In this document: one piece after another, positions 27,372 to 40,865 of the stretch
Position numbering within the stretch: position 1 is the stretch's first letter
Layout: every line of letters begins with the position of its first letter
Made by a program: the position numbers and the translations under genes
The notes under the pieces: model-generated
The model's database searches: none
The model's input: the letters and a program-made list of their open reading frames with translations, nothing else
Told to the model about the DNA's origin: nothing
NCBI GenBank assembly: GCA_002245135.1
Contig: NGBS01000600.1
Coordinates: 1-64,000, forward strand
Source of the DNA: Proteromonas lacertae
Lineage: Eukaryota
DNA: 64,000 nucleotides
Reading direction: 5' to 3'

Positions 27372-30300
27372 TTAAATTTACTAATAAAATCACTGTGATT
27401 ATGTAAACAACTTCCTAACACCAACTTATAAGTCAATTCATTAATAAATTCTTTATCTTCATCATTGAAAAATGATAAAATACTTTTACCATTGATCTCA
27501 TCATGTAAGATGGATAAATTGACTATTTCTTGATGTTCTTTATCACGATAATCCAAAAGATTATCTCGAGCATTTCTTAAAGCTCTATATAAGTATGAAG
27601 GATGAACAATATCTTTTACTAAAGCAGATAAATATAAAGCAAATCTATTTAATAATATTAAATAATTATATATATATATATATATACATTTCTTTGGGTT
27701 TATAAACACTATACAATTGAGAATTGATTAATAAACAATTGATTGTTTGAATCACATCAGCTACTCTTAAATCCATGTTAAACTGAGATGATTTTATCAA
27801 TTTATCATCCACATAATCTAAAAATGAATTGAAATAATCTAATGGAATTGCAACTAATTCTAATAAATTGTTCTTTTGTAATATACTCAAAGTAACAAAT
27901 TTTAATAATTCATTGTTACTTTCACATTTCTTCATTGTTTCTACTTTATTAACTCGGTTTAACTCAGGTAATTCATTCATAATTATTCCACTTTCTTTAT
28001 TTGCGGCTTTTGCATTATTTTCATCATTAGAGATTATATTACTAGCTGAATAAACATCAAAATCCCAGTCATTAATTTTACTGTATAAATATCGAATTTC
28101 AGTTGATGGACTATTATATCCAATTGATTGTAATAAATATAAATCATTGTTATGAATTATATTATTGAATTGAGCTATTACAGATAATGAGTAATAATTC
28201 ATTTTTGAATTTCTTTTTGCAGGATTAGATGGATTATTTGCAGCATTATTACCATTTGTTGATGTATTGGAAGTGCTTGGAGGTAAATTAGTAAAAAATA
28301 CATTTCCACATCCACCACCAGCAGCACCTACTCTAGGAGATAATGGTTTATCTTTAAATCCACGAGGACTAACAGGTACAGAACTACAACTTTGGAAATT
28401 TGATGAAATTGTTATGTCTTCGAAAAACAATGGTTTATCTTCTTCACTTAATTCATTAAAAGTGTTTATGAAATTATCATTTAAATCATTTCCATAGATG
28501 TTTATAGTATCATCAATTTCACTAATTCCACCATTTTCTTCATTATTATTATTTGGATTACTGTTATTAGTTGAAATCACGAGTTATACTGTTTGGTTGA
28601 ACTGAAGATGGATGAAAACAACAAAATAGTTTTTGATACCATTTCAAATTCGAACTACTTCTTCTTCTTCTTTTATTCATTTCTTCTATTTCTTTTTCTT
28701 GAGGTGATAATGGTTGTTTAGAAGATGGAACACAACAACAACAACAACTAACACAACAACAAGGACAACATCCACAGTAATTACAACTTGAAATATTATT
28801 ATTATCATTATTAATAAAAGATGGAGATAAAGAAATGTTGTTATTCGCAGTATTTGGTAAAGGAATAGTCGAACTAGCTTGAATCTGAGCAGTTGATGGA
28901 TTATTGGATATTGGATTAAGCGATTGATTTTGGCTTGAAGAGACTTGACTTGTGGATGTATTACTGTTTATATTGGGAGTATTACTGTTCGCATTTCCAT
29001 TAATTTCCAGTGGAATTACACCAGGATCAGAAAATCTGACAATATTAATAGCTAATATATTTCGATTACTGTTATTTACACGATTATTATTACTTCGATA
29101 GGGAACTACATTGATATTATTCATGTTGATTGTGCTGTTGGTATTATTATTATTATTATTATTAGTGGATATATTTGATGTAAAATTACAATTATTATTA
29201 TTTCCTTCAAAGAATTGTTGATTTTGTACTTTATGAAGTGGAGATTGGTTTATTGTATTACTACCAGTTGATACACAATTCTGCATTTTGGAGGGAGTTA
29301 AAGGAATTGGATTAAATGCAGTTATTATTGGAGCTGATGGTCTCTATATATTATAAATAATAAATAAATGAATAAATATACAGCCATTCGAACTGAAGCA
29401 GTTGAATGAAAACTTTTGTTTATATTTATAGCTGAAGGTCTAGCTGACATATGTTTCATTAAAGTTGATCCTAATAATTTACATCGTACTTTATTCGCGA
29501 TATTTACATCTTCACATTGTAATAAATGACGATAATAATGAATTGAATAAACAGTGCGATAATATTCATTACAAAACCCATCTAAATTTGATAATTGTTG
29601 AAAAAAATAATCAGCTACACTTTTATGAATTCTTTTTCTTTGTTCAAACAACACTCGTTGATAGATAATATCTCGAATCACAATGGCTGTGAATTTATAA
29701 CATCTTCCTTGTAATGGTTTGATATTATCACTTACATTATATGTGTGAGGACATTCCATTTCTATTTCATGAGGTATTGATGGTTCTACTAAATTGAAAT
29801 ACTGCAAAGTGTTCATATAATCCATAAAGTAATTTGCATAATTACTATCACTACTTTTCTATTAATAAAAAGATAAAAAAAAGTAAATAATATATAATAT
29901 AAAAGTAAATACTTTTGGAAATATTGTTGCAACTAATGCTAATTCAAATGTTCCACTTAAACAACCACCTGTGAAACTAACTACAGCTGCTGTTTTTAAT
30001 AATAAGAATTCCATTGGTTTTAATTTATCTAAATAAGTACTAATTCCACGAGTTATTTTATAGGGAACAACGAAATTATAAGGAACATCATGCTGGATTC
30101 TTTGATCATTGAATTTTAATACATTCTTATTACATTCTTTTACTACTTGAATCCATTTATTATTCAATAATGTACGTATAAAACGACTAACATATAATGG
30201 ATTTCCACCAGTGAATTGATTTACTAATACTTTTATACTTTCAGCAACTACTTTTACATCTAATGTCTTTTGAATTAATACATTTACATCATCACTTTTT

Positions 30301-32532
30301 AGTGGATATAATTCAATTAATTTACTGTAAGTAGATTGCAATAAATTAAAGTAATATTGAGAAACAGCTGTAAATATTGGTGTATATCGATTATTATGCA
30401 ATGGCCTACAACTAATGATAGTCAAAATTGGTTTAACTCTCAAAAATGGAGATGTTGTTATATTATATAAGATTTTCCAATCAATTTCATTCATATATTG
30501 TCCTTGGTCAATTATGATTATTAATGGTTTAGTTCGTTTATACAATATTCTATCTAATAATGAGATTTCTTTTTCATCTTTCATTATATCTTCATTTACA
30601 TCAATTGGAGTAATTGGTAAAAATAAATTATGCTTCTTTATTTCATCTTTATATTCTTTCTTTTCATCCTCATCTTCTACTAATTCTATTATTTTATGTA
30701 TTAATTGGTTATAAATATAGCATCGAGTATTCATTGAATAAGTATCACCTATTGCATCTACTAAATCATAATTATTATTTATTATAAAAGACTCTAGTTC
30801 AATACATGTTAAATCACTCTTCTCATATTTTTTATTCAAAGCATTTGCTATGGTTTGAATCATTAAAGACTTTCCTGTTCCTGTATCTCCTGTTACTATT
30901 AAAGTACAAGATTCAGGGATTGGCTCGACCAATTTATATAATTGTCTTTTTATTTCACTGATTAACATCTTCATAGGAGCTGTTAAGATTATTTTGTTAT
31001 TTTCGATTTCATTATTCAAAGTGAAACTTCTTTCTATACTTTTATCTGGATAATAGGTGTAAAATACTTCAACAGCTTCACTTTTACCTTTTAAATTGAT
31101 TGGTTCATTCGCTTTGAATTTTAATTGATAATAACTATCAGCACTATTCTTTGTTGTTTTGTCAATTAATATATTTGGACAAATACTTTTATCTCGACAT
31201 TTACATGCTAATTTTTGAGCATTTTGCATCAATCTTGCTGCTGTATTTACCACATCTCCTAACACTCCATATTCTTTACGACTACCAGCTCCTAAACATC
31301 CACAATGAGCTATACCTGTTGTAATACCAACATAAGGACGATATCCTAACGATTCTAATCGATTTACTAAGGTTAATGCTGATAAAACTGCTCTTGTTGG
31401 ATCATCTTCATGAGCTAATGGAGGTAAACCAAATACAGCTAAGAGTGTACTACCTTTATCATCCACTAGGAATTTATTTAGACTACCTTCATAGTCATAT
31501 AATGAAGCTTGAACTGCTACTAATACATCTTGAACTTGTTTTAATTGCATATCTTTAATTTCGATTAATTTACTGGCTTTTAAACCGACATTTACAAATA
31601 AAATTGTCATTGTTCGAACCTCTGCTGCCCAATAAGCAGCATCTTTCTGCATGTATGGTATAACAGCTGCTGCTACAAATTTTTGCATATCTGACAAAAT
31701 CTCTTCATGTTTTTCTCTTTTCAATGATATTAATCTAATCTGTTGAGTTGAGTTTATTATTTTTACACATCCTAATGGTAATGTCGTCCCTTTCATACAA
31801 TCACTCAAATAATGCCAAGAATCAAGAGACACAACGACATCTCCTGGACCGCCTATAATAATACACATAAATAATTAATTTATATGATATATATACACTG
31901 CTCTTCACAATCAAATGCTGCTAATAAAGCAGGACCACATAATAAATATTCTAATCTGCCTAACACACCACCAACATACAATACATACGATTTACCACAT
32001 CCTATTCCACATTTAACTCGGAAAACAACACCTTCGCCAATTTTGTAGTTATGTAACTCTTTTTGTATATCTAATGCACATTGTACAGCTCTGTGAAGAG
32101 TTGTTTTCAAATCCCATTCTTCTACTGTTTCTGAACTCCACTATTAAGAGATATATATTTGAAATATACGACTATCACAACAGCATCACCTACATATTTA
32201 AATACATCACCTCCTGACTTTGTTGTTATCCTCACCAGCGATTCCCAATAACTGTTTAAATATATACTTATATCCTCTGCCCCACGAGCTCCTCTGCTAG
32301 CTACTTTTTCACTGAGATTTGTGTAACCACTTATATCGGCTAATGATGAATAAATATTAAATCATACCAAACATAACAACAGAGTCACACTTTTTAAATG
32401 ATGGAACTTTCACTTCATCCCCTGACTTTTTCGATTTTGCAAGTTGTCTAATAACACATTCTATACAACATCAGAAAATGATGTAATAATACCAGGCACG
32501 AAATCTTCATAACGAGCTAACTTCGCTTCCAT
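26654..32532 (-). CDS. ADCY10/soluble-type adenylyl cyclase (2 cyclase domains) + STAND NTPase + Cys/Asn-rich linker + degenerate class I PDE domain
   Basis: C1 has FADISGYT and KYVGDA; C2 has KFLVDDKG and GDVVNTAARLM; Walker A is GDTGTGKS. The C-terminal part has INDWDFDV, VADVIQT, LSALVKDIVHP and NNPVKPF..W. Several ~30-nt introns and one +1 shift near 28580. Confidence 0.8.
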
Positions 32533-32889
32533 GATTCTTAATATATTTTTTTATTACTCTATTTTCAAAAAATAACAAAAAGCAACGATGAATTACTTAT
32601 AACGACTAAAAATCATTCAAATCTGTTTGAGTTTTTATAAAAGAAATAGAACATATAAAACCATCTAAAAGTAATTTCTATTGATTTTTTATGTATGTTT
32701 TTGTGTGTTTGAAAGTTTGACAAGAGATTATAAATAATCTTGTTCGTTATATGTCTGATTCTCTATAATTATCAACATTCTCAAGATATTTTTAAAATCA
32801 TGCTTATCAAATCATTCATTCTTTTTTAATTCTTCTTTTGTTTGTTACAAAAGCTTGAGAAGTGACAAACATATAGTTTTTTTTTCAAA

Positions 32890-34233
32890 ATGGATTCTAA
32901 ACGATATCTACTAGATACAGTGTCAACAAATTTAGCTAAGCTCTGTTTTTGTATGTTTATTTGAATAATATGGTTAGTGTATAAAAAAGATGTAGAAGAT
33001 ATACAGAATGTGTTTAACGCTTTTACAGAGTATAGATAATGTTACTATATTTGTTAGCGGAATAGATCAAACAATGTATAAATCTCAGTTTCTACAGTGG
33101 GTCAAAATACAGTCTCCTTTATTAATTCAAGTCCTTTCTTGTTATGGTATTTTGTATTATTTTGATACCTAATAGAATACATTATGTGGAACGATTTTTT
33201 TCAAATAATTATAATATTTTGTGCTTCTCCTTCAGAACTGATAATAAAACGTATAAAATATCATTTATATATAGACCTTATACAAAACTGTGGAAATGCT
33301 GTTGATTTACAAAGAATAAAAATGACAGATATAGAAGAGTTAGTTAAACTCACTTGTGGTAATGTTAAATTAATGGAATGTTGGAATAGTTATGCAATAG
33401 AACTTATTCCAAATGCTGCTGGATATTATACATCTGATCAAATCATCTTATTTCTCTCAAAACATAAACACTTTATACAAGACTTATATTTACTGCAACG
33501 TCATTTATGCGAAATTACTATAGGCAAAGAAAAATGGAAAGTTATAAAATTAAGAAGAATCGAGCAATTCAAACAGTGGAAAATTGAAGCAAAACATCAA
33601 AACCAACAAGAATCTGCTGTTGTTTCTAATACATCTTCTTCTACTGCTACTATATATCCTTTAGGCAAAACATCACCAAATGTTTCGCCAACTCATGCTG
33701 AAGAAGAAAATAATAATAAACAAAAAGAGAGACGTTCTTTCTTTAGTTTTTTTACTGGTTTATTTAGACGAGAAAAGAAGAAAAAAGAATTAAGTGATTA
33801 TAAGATAGAAAATGAGGAATATCAGGAAGTATTAGATTCTATCCTTCACTTTTTCTTTCTTCGTTACCATCCTATTAATACAGATGATATACCAGCAGAA
33901 GCTCCAAGGATTAAAGAATTGAAGAAAATTGGAAGTACCTATACTCTTCCTGGTGTTAGATTAGAAAGACCTTCATTAGATACAATTAATTTTAAAGATG
34001 AAGACTTCAATGTGGTTGATCCTATACCAGAAGCTGAAAGAGTTAGTTATACTGGTAGTATTAAAAGCCCTCTGAATAAGTTGAGAAGTTCTCCTCTTAG
34101 GAAAGAGATTAGAACTGTACAACCGAGAGAGATAGCTGTAAGTGGTAGATCTGAACAATTTGCTGGTTCGGCTAAATCCAAAAGAGGAACTGAAGTGAAT
34201 ATTAATGTTCCTGGTGAGGTTATAGATGCTTGA
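32890..34233 (+). CDS. Hypothetical multi-exon protein
   Basis: ATG at 32890, several short introns, then a long terminal exon in the 349-aa ORF. No recognised motif. Confidence 0.55.
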
Positions 34234-34436
34234 TAAATTGTGTATATTATTTAATAGGTATATATAAATATATATGGATAAATATTAGTATGTTAATACA
34301 TTGTTAATTTTTTTTTAATAATGCTGTTTTTGTGGTTATAGGAAGAAGAAAAAACAAAAAATAATAAGTAATGTTTGAGTGAAGGTTTGAAAAAGTAAAT
34401 TGAAAATTTCGAAAGATTTATTTATCTTTTATTCTA

Positions 34437-35451
34437 ATGAATGCAAACGAAAAAAAACTACAAGAGAAATTCAAAAGAATTTTAAGAGATCTTTTAAAAC
34501 AGGAAGGGAATAGATATTGTGCTGATTGCCTAGCAAAATGTATTTCATCATTTTTATGATTAAATTAATAGCACCGCAATGGGCATCTTCCAATTTAGGT
34601 GTATTTATTTGCATCAGATGTTCAGGATTACATCGTAAACTAGGAGTTCATATTTCTTTTGTTCGTTCTGTCAATCTGGACTCATGGACTGCTAAAGAAG
34701 TAAAAATCATGCAAAGATGGGGTAATGCTAAAGCCAATAGTTACTGGGAAAGAAAAATGCCAGAAAATTTCCCACGACCAACTGAAAACAGTACAATGGA
34801 AGAAGCAGAAGCGTTTATAAGATTAAAATATGAACAGCAACAATTCGTAGATCCATCATTTGATCCTAATCTTCAACCAATAGCAACTCCAACATTAACT
34901 CCAGTTTCAACACCTCGAGAAACAGAAGAAGAAGAAGAAAGTTATAATAATAAACATAGTAGTCACCACTCTCACAGTAATAGTAGTAGGTATCATAGCC
35001 ACAGTCATCATCATTCTCACAGTTCAAAAAAAGAAGATGGTTTAGAAGGATTCTTGAATGATGATAAAAGTAAGACGGATGGAGATGATTTGAATGATGG
35101 AATAGAGAAAGTGGTTGAAAAATTGGATGATTTTCATTTGAATAATGAAAGTATTGAATTTTTATTGTTTTATTCTATTTAGTGTTGATGAATGCAAAGC
35201 CTAAAGAAGTGATCAAACCAACGCCGGCAGTAGATCCGTTAAACGTTTATTTAGCACCACAACCTTCAAAGCAACAAGTCAAAAAAATGGAGCAAGCACA
35301 GAAGACTAATATGATGATGATGGGAATGATGGGAGGTAACAATAACGGGATGATGGGAATGGGTATGGGTATGGGTATGATGAATATGGGAAACATGTCA
35401 ATGAATATGAATAGAGGTAATAGAAACACATTTGGAGGGGGTATGATGTAA
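34437..35451 (+). CDS. ArfGAP (SMAP/AGD5-like) with Met/Gly-rich tail
   Basis: GNRYCADC..(intron)..PQWASSNLGVFICIRCSGLHRKLGVHISFVRSVNLDSW contains the CxxC-x16-CxxC-x4-R motif. Confidence 0.93.
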
Positions 35452-35622
35452 ATAAGACTATATACGAAGTAATTTTGTATATTTCATGTAATATATTAAT
35501 TGTATAGTTTTAAATAAAAAATAATAAATTATCATAACACATATTTACTTCGTTTAAATAGCAAGAATAATTAAAATGACATTACTAGTGTAAAGTAACA
35601 GTAAAACAGAGAGTAAAGTTAA

Positions 35623-38600
35623 ATGACAAATATAGGAATAGATTTAGGTTCTTATTATTATTTAGCATCTAAGCGCGAAGAGACTGGTAATGTTGAGGTT
35701 TTATCAAACAAACTAGACAAACGATTATCATTGTATAAGCTCAAAGTATAATGAATAGGACATTTTTTGCTTATTCAAAAAACAAAAAATACCATCAAGG
35801 AAAGAGTTTAGTATTATTTCCACTATATATCGCTTAGATTTCTGAAGATGTGAACAATGCTATTGTTAATGGTAAAGACTTCTTTGCAAGAAAATATAAT
35901 GATGAAGAATTTAAAATTCTACTAGAAAACTACTATCCGTACAAATTATTAAAAGATGAGGATAATCTACCTTATTTTGAAGTATTATGTATTATAATAT
36001 ACATTTATAGGTTAAGTTTAAAAATGAAAATATAAAATATACTTATAAGGATATTTACAATGCATATTTCAATGAAATTGAAGAAACAATCGCATATAAG
36101 AAATTAGAAGGTGAAAATATATCAAATCAGAAATGGATAATCAGCTATCCGCCATATTATACATCAATTCAAAGAAAAGCTTTAAAAACTTTATGTAATT
36201 TTAGACATTGTAATGATATCATAAAATGCAAAGATATCGTGAGTGAAACAGTAGCGTATGCATTATGTTATGGGTATGAAAACAATGTAAAATATGCAGA
36301 TAAATCAGAAGTACTGCTTTTAGTTGATATTGGATATTCTTGTGCAAGTGTAACATGTGTTAAATATGAGAATGTATAAATCTTATTTATATATTATTTT
36401 ATAGAATAAATGTACTATATTAGGTAATGCATATAATAGGGAAATATGCGGTAGAAATATAGACAAATTGATAGTTGATTATGTAAAAAAAGATATACAA
36501 GAAAGTGATGTATTTAAAGATAGTTATGAAACTATAAGTGTAGATAGAATATGTAATTTAAAAATCTTACAGACAATGATTTCTGTGAAAGAAGTATTGT
36601 CTATTGAAAATAGTTATAGTGTTTTTATTTACCATCTTTACAATGATAAAGACTATGAATCAACATTCAGTAGAGATGATTTTAATTCTGTTTTGAAGAA
36701 TAACAAATATGATGAAAGAATTGAATCATTATTGGATGAATGTGTGAAAAAGTGCAATATTAAAGCAAATGATATAGATGGTATTGTAATTGCAGGTGGA
36801 ACATGTAGAATTTCATTTATTCAAAATACCTTATTAAAATATATGAACAAAAAGATGGAAAAGACATGTACATTAGATAAATCAATTAATATGGAAGAGC
36901 ACATAGCATACGGTTGTAGTTATTATGGATTATTAATGAATGATATATGGAAATATGAATTAATAAATAACGATGAAGATGAGTTATTATTATCAAGTTA
37001 CAATGACATTACAAAGAAAAGAATAATAAAAATGGATAATTATTTGTCTAGATTTCTTTCTGGTTTCAGTGACACTAATATTGAAGAGAATGATAAAGAA
37101 CTAATATATGAATATTTTAAAGATGAAATTAAAATAATTGAATCAATGATTGAAAAGACTAATGATGGTTTAGACGATGAGAAAGAAATGGAAGAAGCCA
37201 ATAAGGTGAAAAATGATATGGAAAGAGATATATTTGCATTGCATCATGATTTATCTCTAATACAGAATAAGATGTTGATTGAAAATGAGAATAACTATCT
37301 ATGGAAAATAATGGAAGACTTACACAATGATAATAATATAAATTCGCTAAATTCAATAAAAGAATATGAGAATAATTTCTATCAAGAATGGGAAGAAAAG
37401 AAAAAGACGAAATTTCATTTAGCTATTCTGTTATGGTATATATATTTAGATATTTGGATATATTATATATATAGTAAACTATCAATTGTTGTGTATCCTA
37501 AACAAAAAGAAGAATATGAAAAGCAAATACTTGAATTGAATAAAGTAGATACTAAGAAGCTTCTAATGTCAAAGTGTATTACCATATGTAGTGTATATTT
37601 TATTAACATTATCTAATAAATAGAGTATAACAAATAAACAAAATGAGATTATAAATAAATTAAGAATTATAATGTATATATGTTTATCTAAAATTTATTA
37701 GTAATGATTACATTTTGGTATTAATATCATCACCTAGAAATTTTGCAGAATCAAGTAAAAAGTATATTTATAAATTAAAAGAAATGATGAAACTAATAAA
37801 TGTTGAACCATCATTAGACAATCTAAACATGTTTTACTCACAGTCTTATATAATGACACAAATGATTGAAAAATATAAAACTGCTATAATAAAATCATTG
37901 TATATTATGTTGTTTATATAAATGTAATAGAAATGAGAAATATGAAAAATGTGAATTTTTTGGAAATATTATTGTTGATTTTTCGGAAGTATTAGAGAGT
38001 ATTGAAGCGTTGAGAAATTATGTAAATGATGATAAGATTGAAAAATCTTCAGATAATTTAAAATATCTCTTTAATGAATTTATAGTATGAATAACTGTGA
38101 TAGTATCCTTAAATAGAAAGTAAACGATAGTTACCAATCAAAGAAGAATGATGTAATTTATAAGTTAGAAGAAAAAAAGTATAGTCATTATATTTCATAA
38201 ATTATAGACAATCAATTCTAAATGAAATAGCTCAAATAACTTTAGATATGCCTAAAGAGATAGAAGTGTTGAAACGTAAGGTTGAGTGTATACAAACAAA
38301 AGAAACTATTGATCTAGCAGAGTGTAAAAAGAATTACATTCAATTAAGTGGTTGTTACTCAGATACAATAGAATCAATTGATAATGAAATAATTGTATTG
38401 TTGTATGAATATAAAATAATAATAGGAGAAAAAGAAAGTACTGATTAGTGAATTAGAAAATTGCATGATAAAGGAAATAAAAGAATCTTATTTAGATGCT
38501 ATTAAAGTGATAGAAAGTAAATCCAATGTAATAGATTCATATAATAATATTAAAGTATATTATATAGTTAAACTAATAAAATTAATAGCTATTAAATGAC

Positions 38601-40411
38601 CTTGAAATTAATTATTTCGAAGAAATGACAAAAATAATGAATGATTTGATGTATAGATTATTTTATAATTTGTATATAGTAAAGAAATAAAAGACAATGT
38701 AAAAGAAATTGAAATTGTAGATAACAACATTCTGAATGAAACAAATGTAAATATTAAAGATATTAATCTCAGAATAAAAGTATGTGTATGATACTAATAA
38801 TATTATATAGCTTTTAATGGATTTAGAGAATAAATATAAACATAAATATATTGTAAAAATTGAAGAGTTAAGGAAAATTTTAAATGAAGTTGAAGAAAAT
38901 GATGAGAAAGTTATATGTATAATAAACGAATCAAACAAAACTCTTAAAGAATTGAATGAAATGAAGCTTATAGGAGTAATTGTTATATATACTGTATGGT
39001 GTAAAGATTATATTTTTTATTAGAGACTTTATGATGAGGTTGAAAGACAGAACAGAATGAATAATGAATATGTGATGAAATATATGTATATACTTTATTA
39101 TATATAATAATATTTTATAAAATAGTGAGAAATATCAAACGCTTTATGATAAAGTAAATGAGAATATAGCCTTATTTATTTCTTTTTACAGTTTCATATT
39201 GACATTTAAGGCATTTCTACAGAATAGATTTAGTATAAGAGTTAAAGCCTTTTGCAAAACAGTTGAAATTGAGTATATTAAAGTAATAGATAAAATGAAA
39301 ATAAAGATACTTGAAAAGAAGTATAAATTACTATTTGAATATTATTTAGTCCTTATTATCATGATATAATACAAGAAGAAGTAGTTGATACATTCTTTAA
39401 TCCATCTCTTTATGATCCAGAATTGCAAACTGAAAATGATGATAATCTGCCTGTAGAATGTGATGTATAATTCTAGCATTAATATAAATAATATTACCAA
39501 AACTTAATATACTTAATTTAAGTTGATTGTGGTTAGAAAAGAAAAATAATATCAAGCCTAGTGTAAAAAGCTTGATTAATCTCAATCAGTTACATTCTAA
39601 TACTCATTTTACAGGTATTATAATTGTGTTTAAAAATTATTATAAATGATATCTTTTGCATCCTGGCTGAATAGTCATTCATATGATGTATAAATGCTAG
39701 TTTTCTTATAAATTTCCATGTAATTTATTGAAATAGAATATGATATTGATTCAGTTATTGATGATTGCATTTCAGATAATGGAAATGTTTTGTTTTTCAG
39801 TTTAAGTATATACTATAAAATATATATAACATCAATAGTTGGAATGAGTGATGAAGATATGAAATATTTATGTAGTAGATTAAATACAATGACAAATGTA
39901 ACTGAGATTAACTTGACATGTATAATAATATTATAATCTTTATTTTAGTTAACTGTATAACTTCAATTGGATTGAATTATTTCTCTCGATATTTCAAGTT
40001 GTTTCCAAATTTAGAAACATTGTTAATAGGGATGAATACTATTGGTGATGGTGATTTGGATTTGTTTTCTAAAAACCTTCGTTTTATTCCTGAATTAAAG
40101 AAATTATCTTTTGCTAGTATATTTCATAATTATTATGTTAATATATAGGTTGTAGATTAGGAGATAATGCTATAAAATCGATGAGCAAGAATATCAACAA
40201 CATAAAAAAGTTTCAGGTATTGATATTGAATAGTAATGAAATAAGTGATAAAGGTGGAGAAATACTAATAGAAAATCTTCAACATTGTTGTTTATTACAA
40301 CAACTTGGTATTTCACAAAACAAATTATCAGATTATGTTGAGTTTGAAAGAAGAATGAAAGAAAATCATCCAAATAAGCAACTAGTAGTTGAAATTAAAT
40401 CTAAAAAGTGA
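35623..40411 (+). CDS. Divergent Hsp70/Hsp110-like ATPase domain + coiled coil + C-terminal RI-type LRRs
   Basis: MTNIGIDLGS, ISYPPYYTSIQRKAL, VSETVAYALCYG, LVDIGYS, ICGRNID, IAGGTCRI and EHIAYGC are Hsp70 NBD motifs. Many tiny coiled-coil exons follow, then LRRs (NTIGDGD, NEISDKGG). A single-gene model is inferred from uninterrupted exon/intron alternation. Confidence 0.65.
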
Positions 40412-40449
40412 TAATGTAATTAATACTGGAATTATTCTTTTATTATATA

Positions 40450-40745
40450 TTCATTTTAACAATAAAACTTTAATAGGAGATAATTGTTTTATTATATCAA
40501 TAGCATCACTTAATATTTCTATTTTATATTCTTTATATTCATCTTTTTTCAACATATCTTGTAATTATTATTTCTTTTCATTTGATTTTCACTTATTTTC
40601 ATACCTTTACGATGTTGTTTTATACTTCTTTTATTATTTCAAGCATTTATCTTCCTTTTTCAATTCTCACTTGCTTTTAAAGCAACTGCATCTACTTCTT
40701 CATTATTTTTCAATGTTGGATTATCAACTATCTCTTCTTTTCATT
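40450..40745 (-). pseudogene. Degraded coding-like remnant
   Basis: Purine-rich codon-like text (LQDMLKKDEYKEYKIEILSDAIDIIKQLSP) interrupted by stops upstream. Confidence 0.25.
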
Positions 40746-40865
40746 TTTAGACGAAGTTGATAATAATTAATTTTTAGATAAGACAAATAATTAATTCTAT
40801 TAGACTCAATCAATATCATATGATAAACAAATAAATCATAAATCACAATAATAATAATAATTTCT

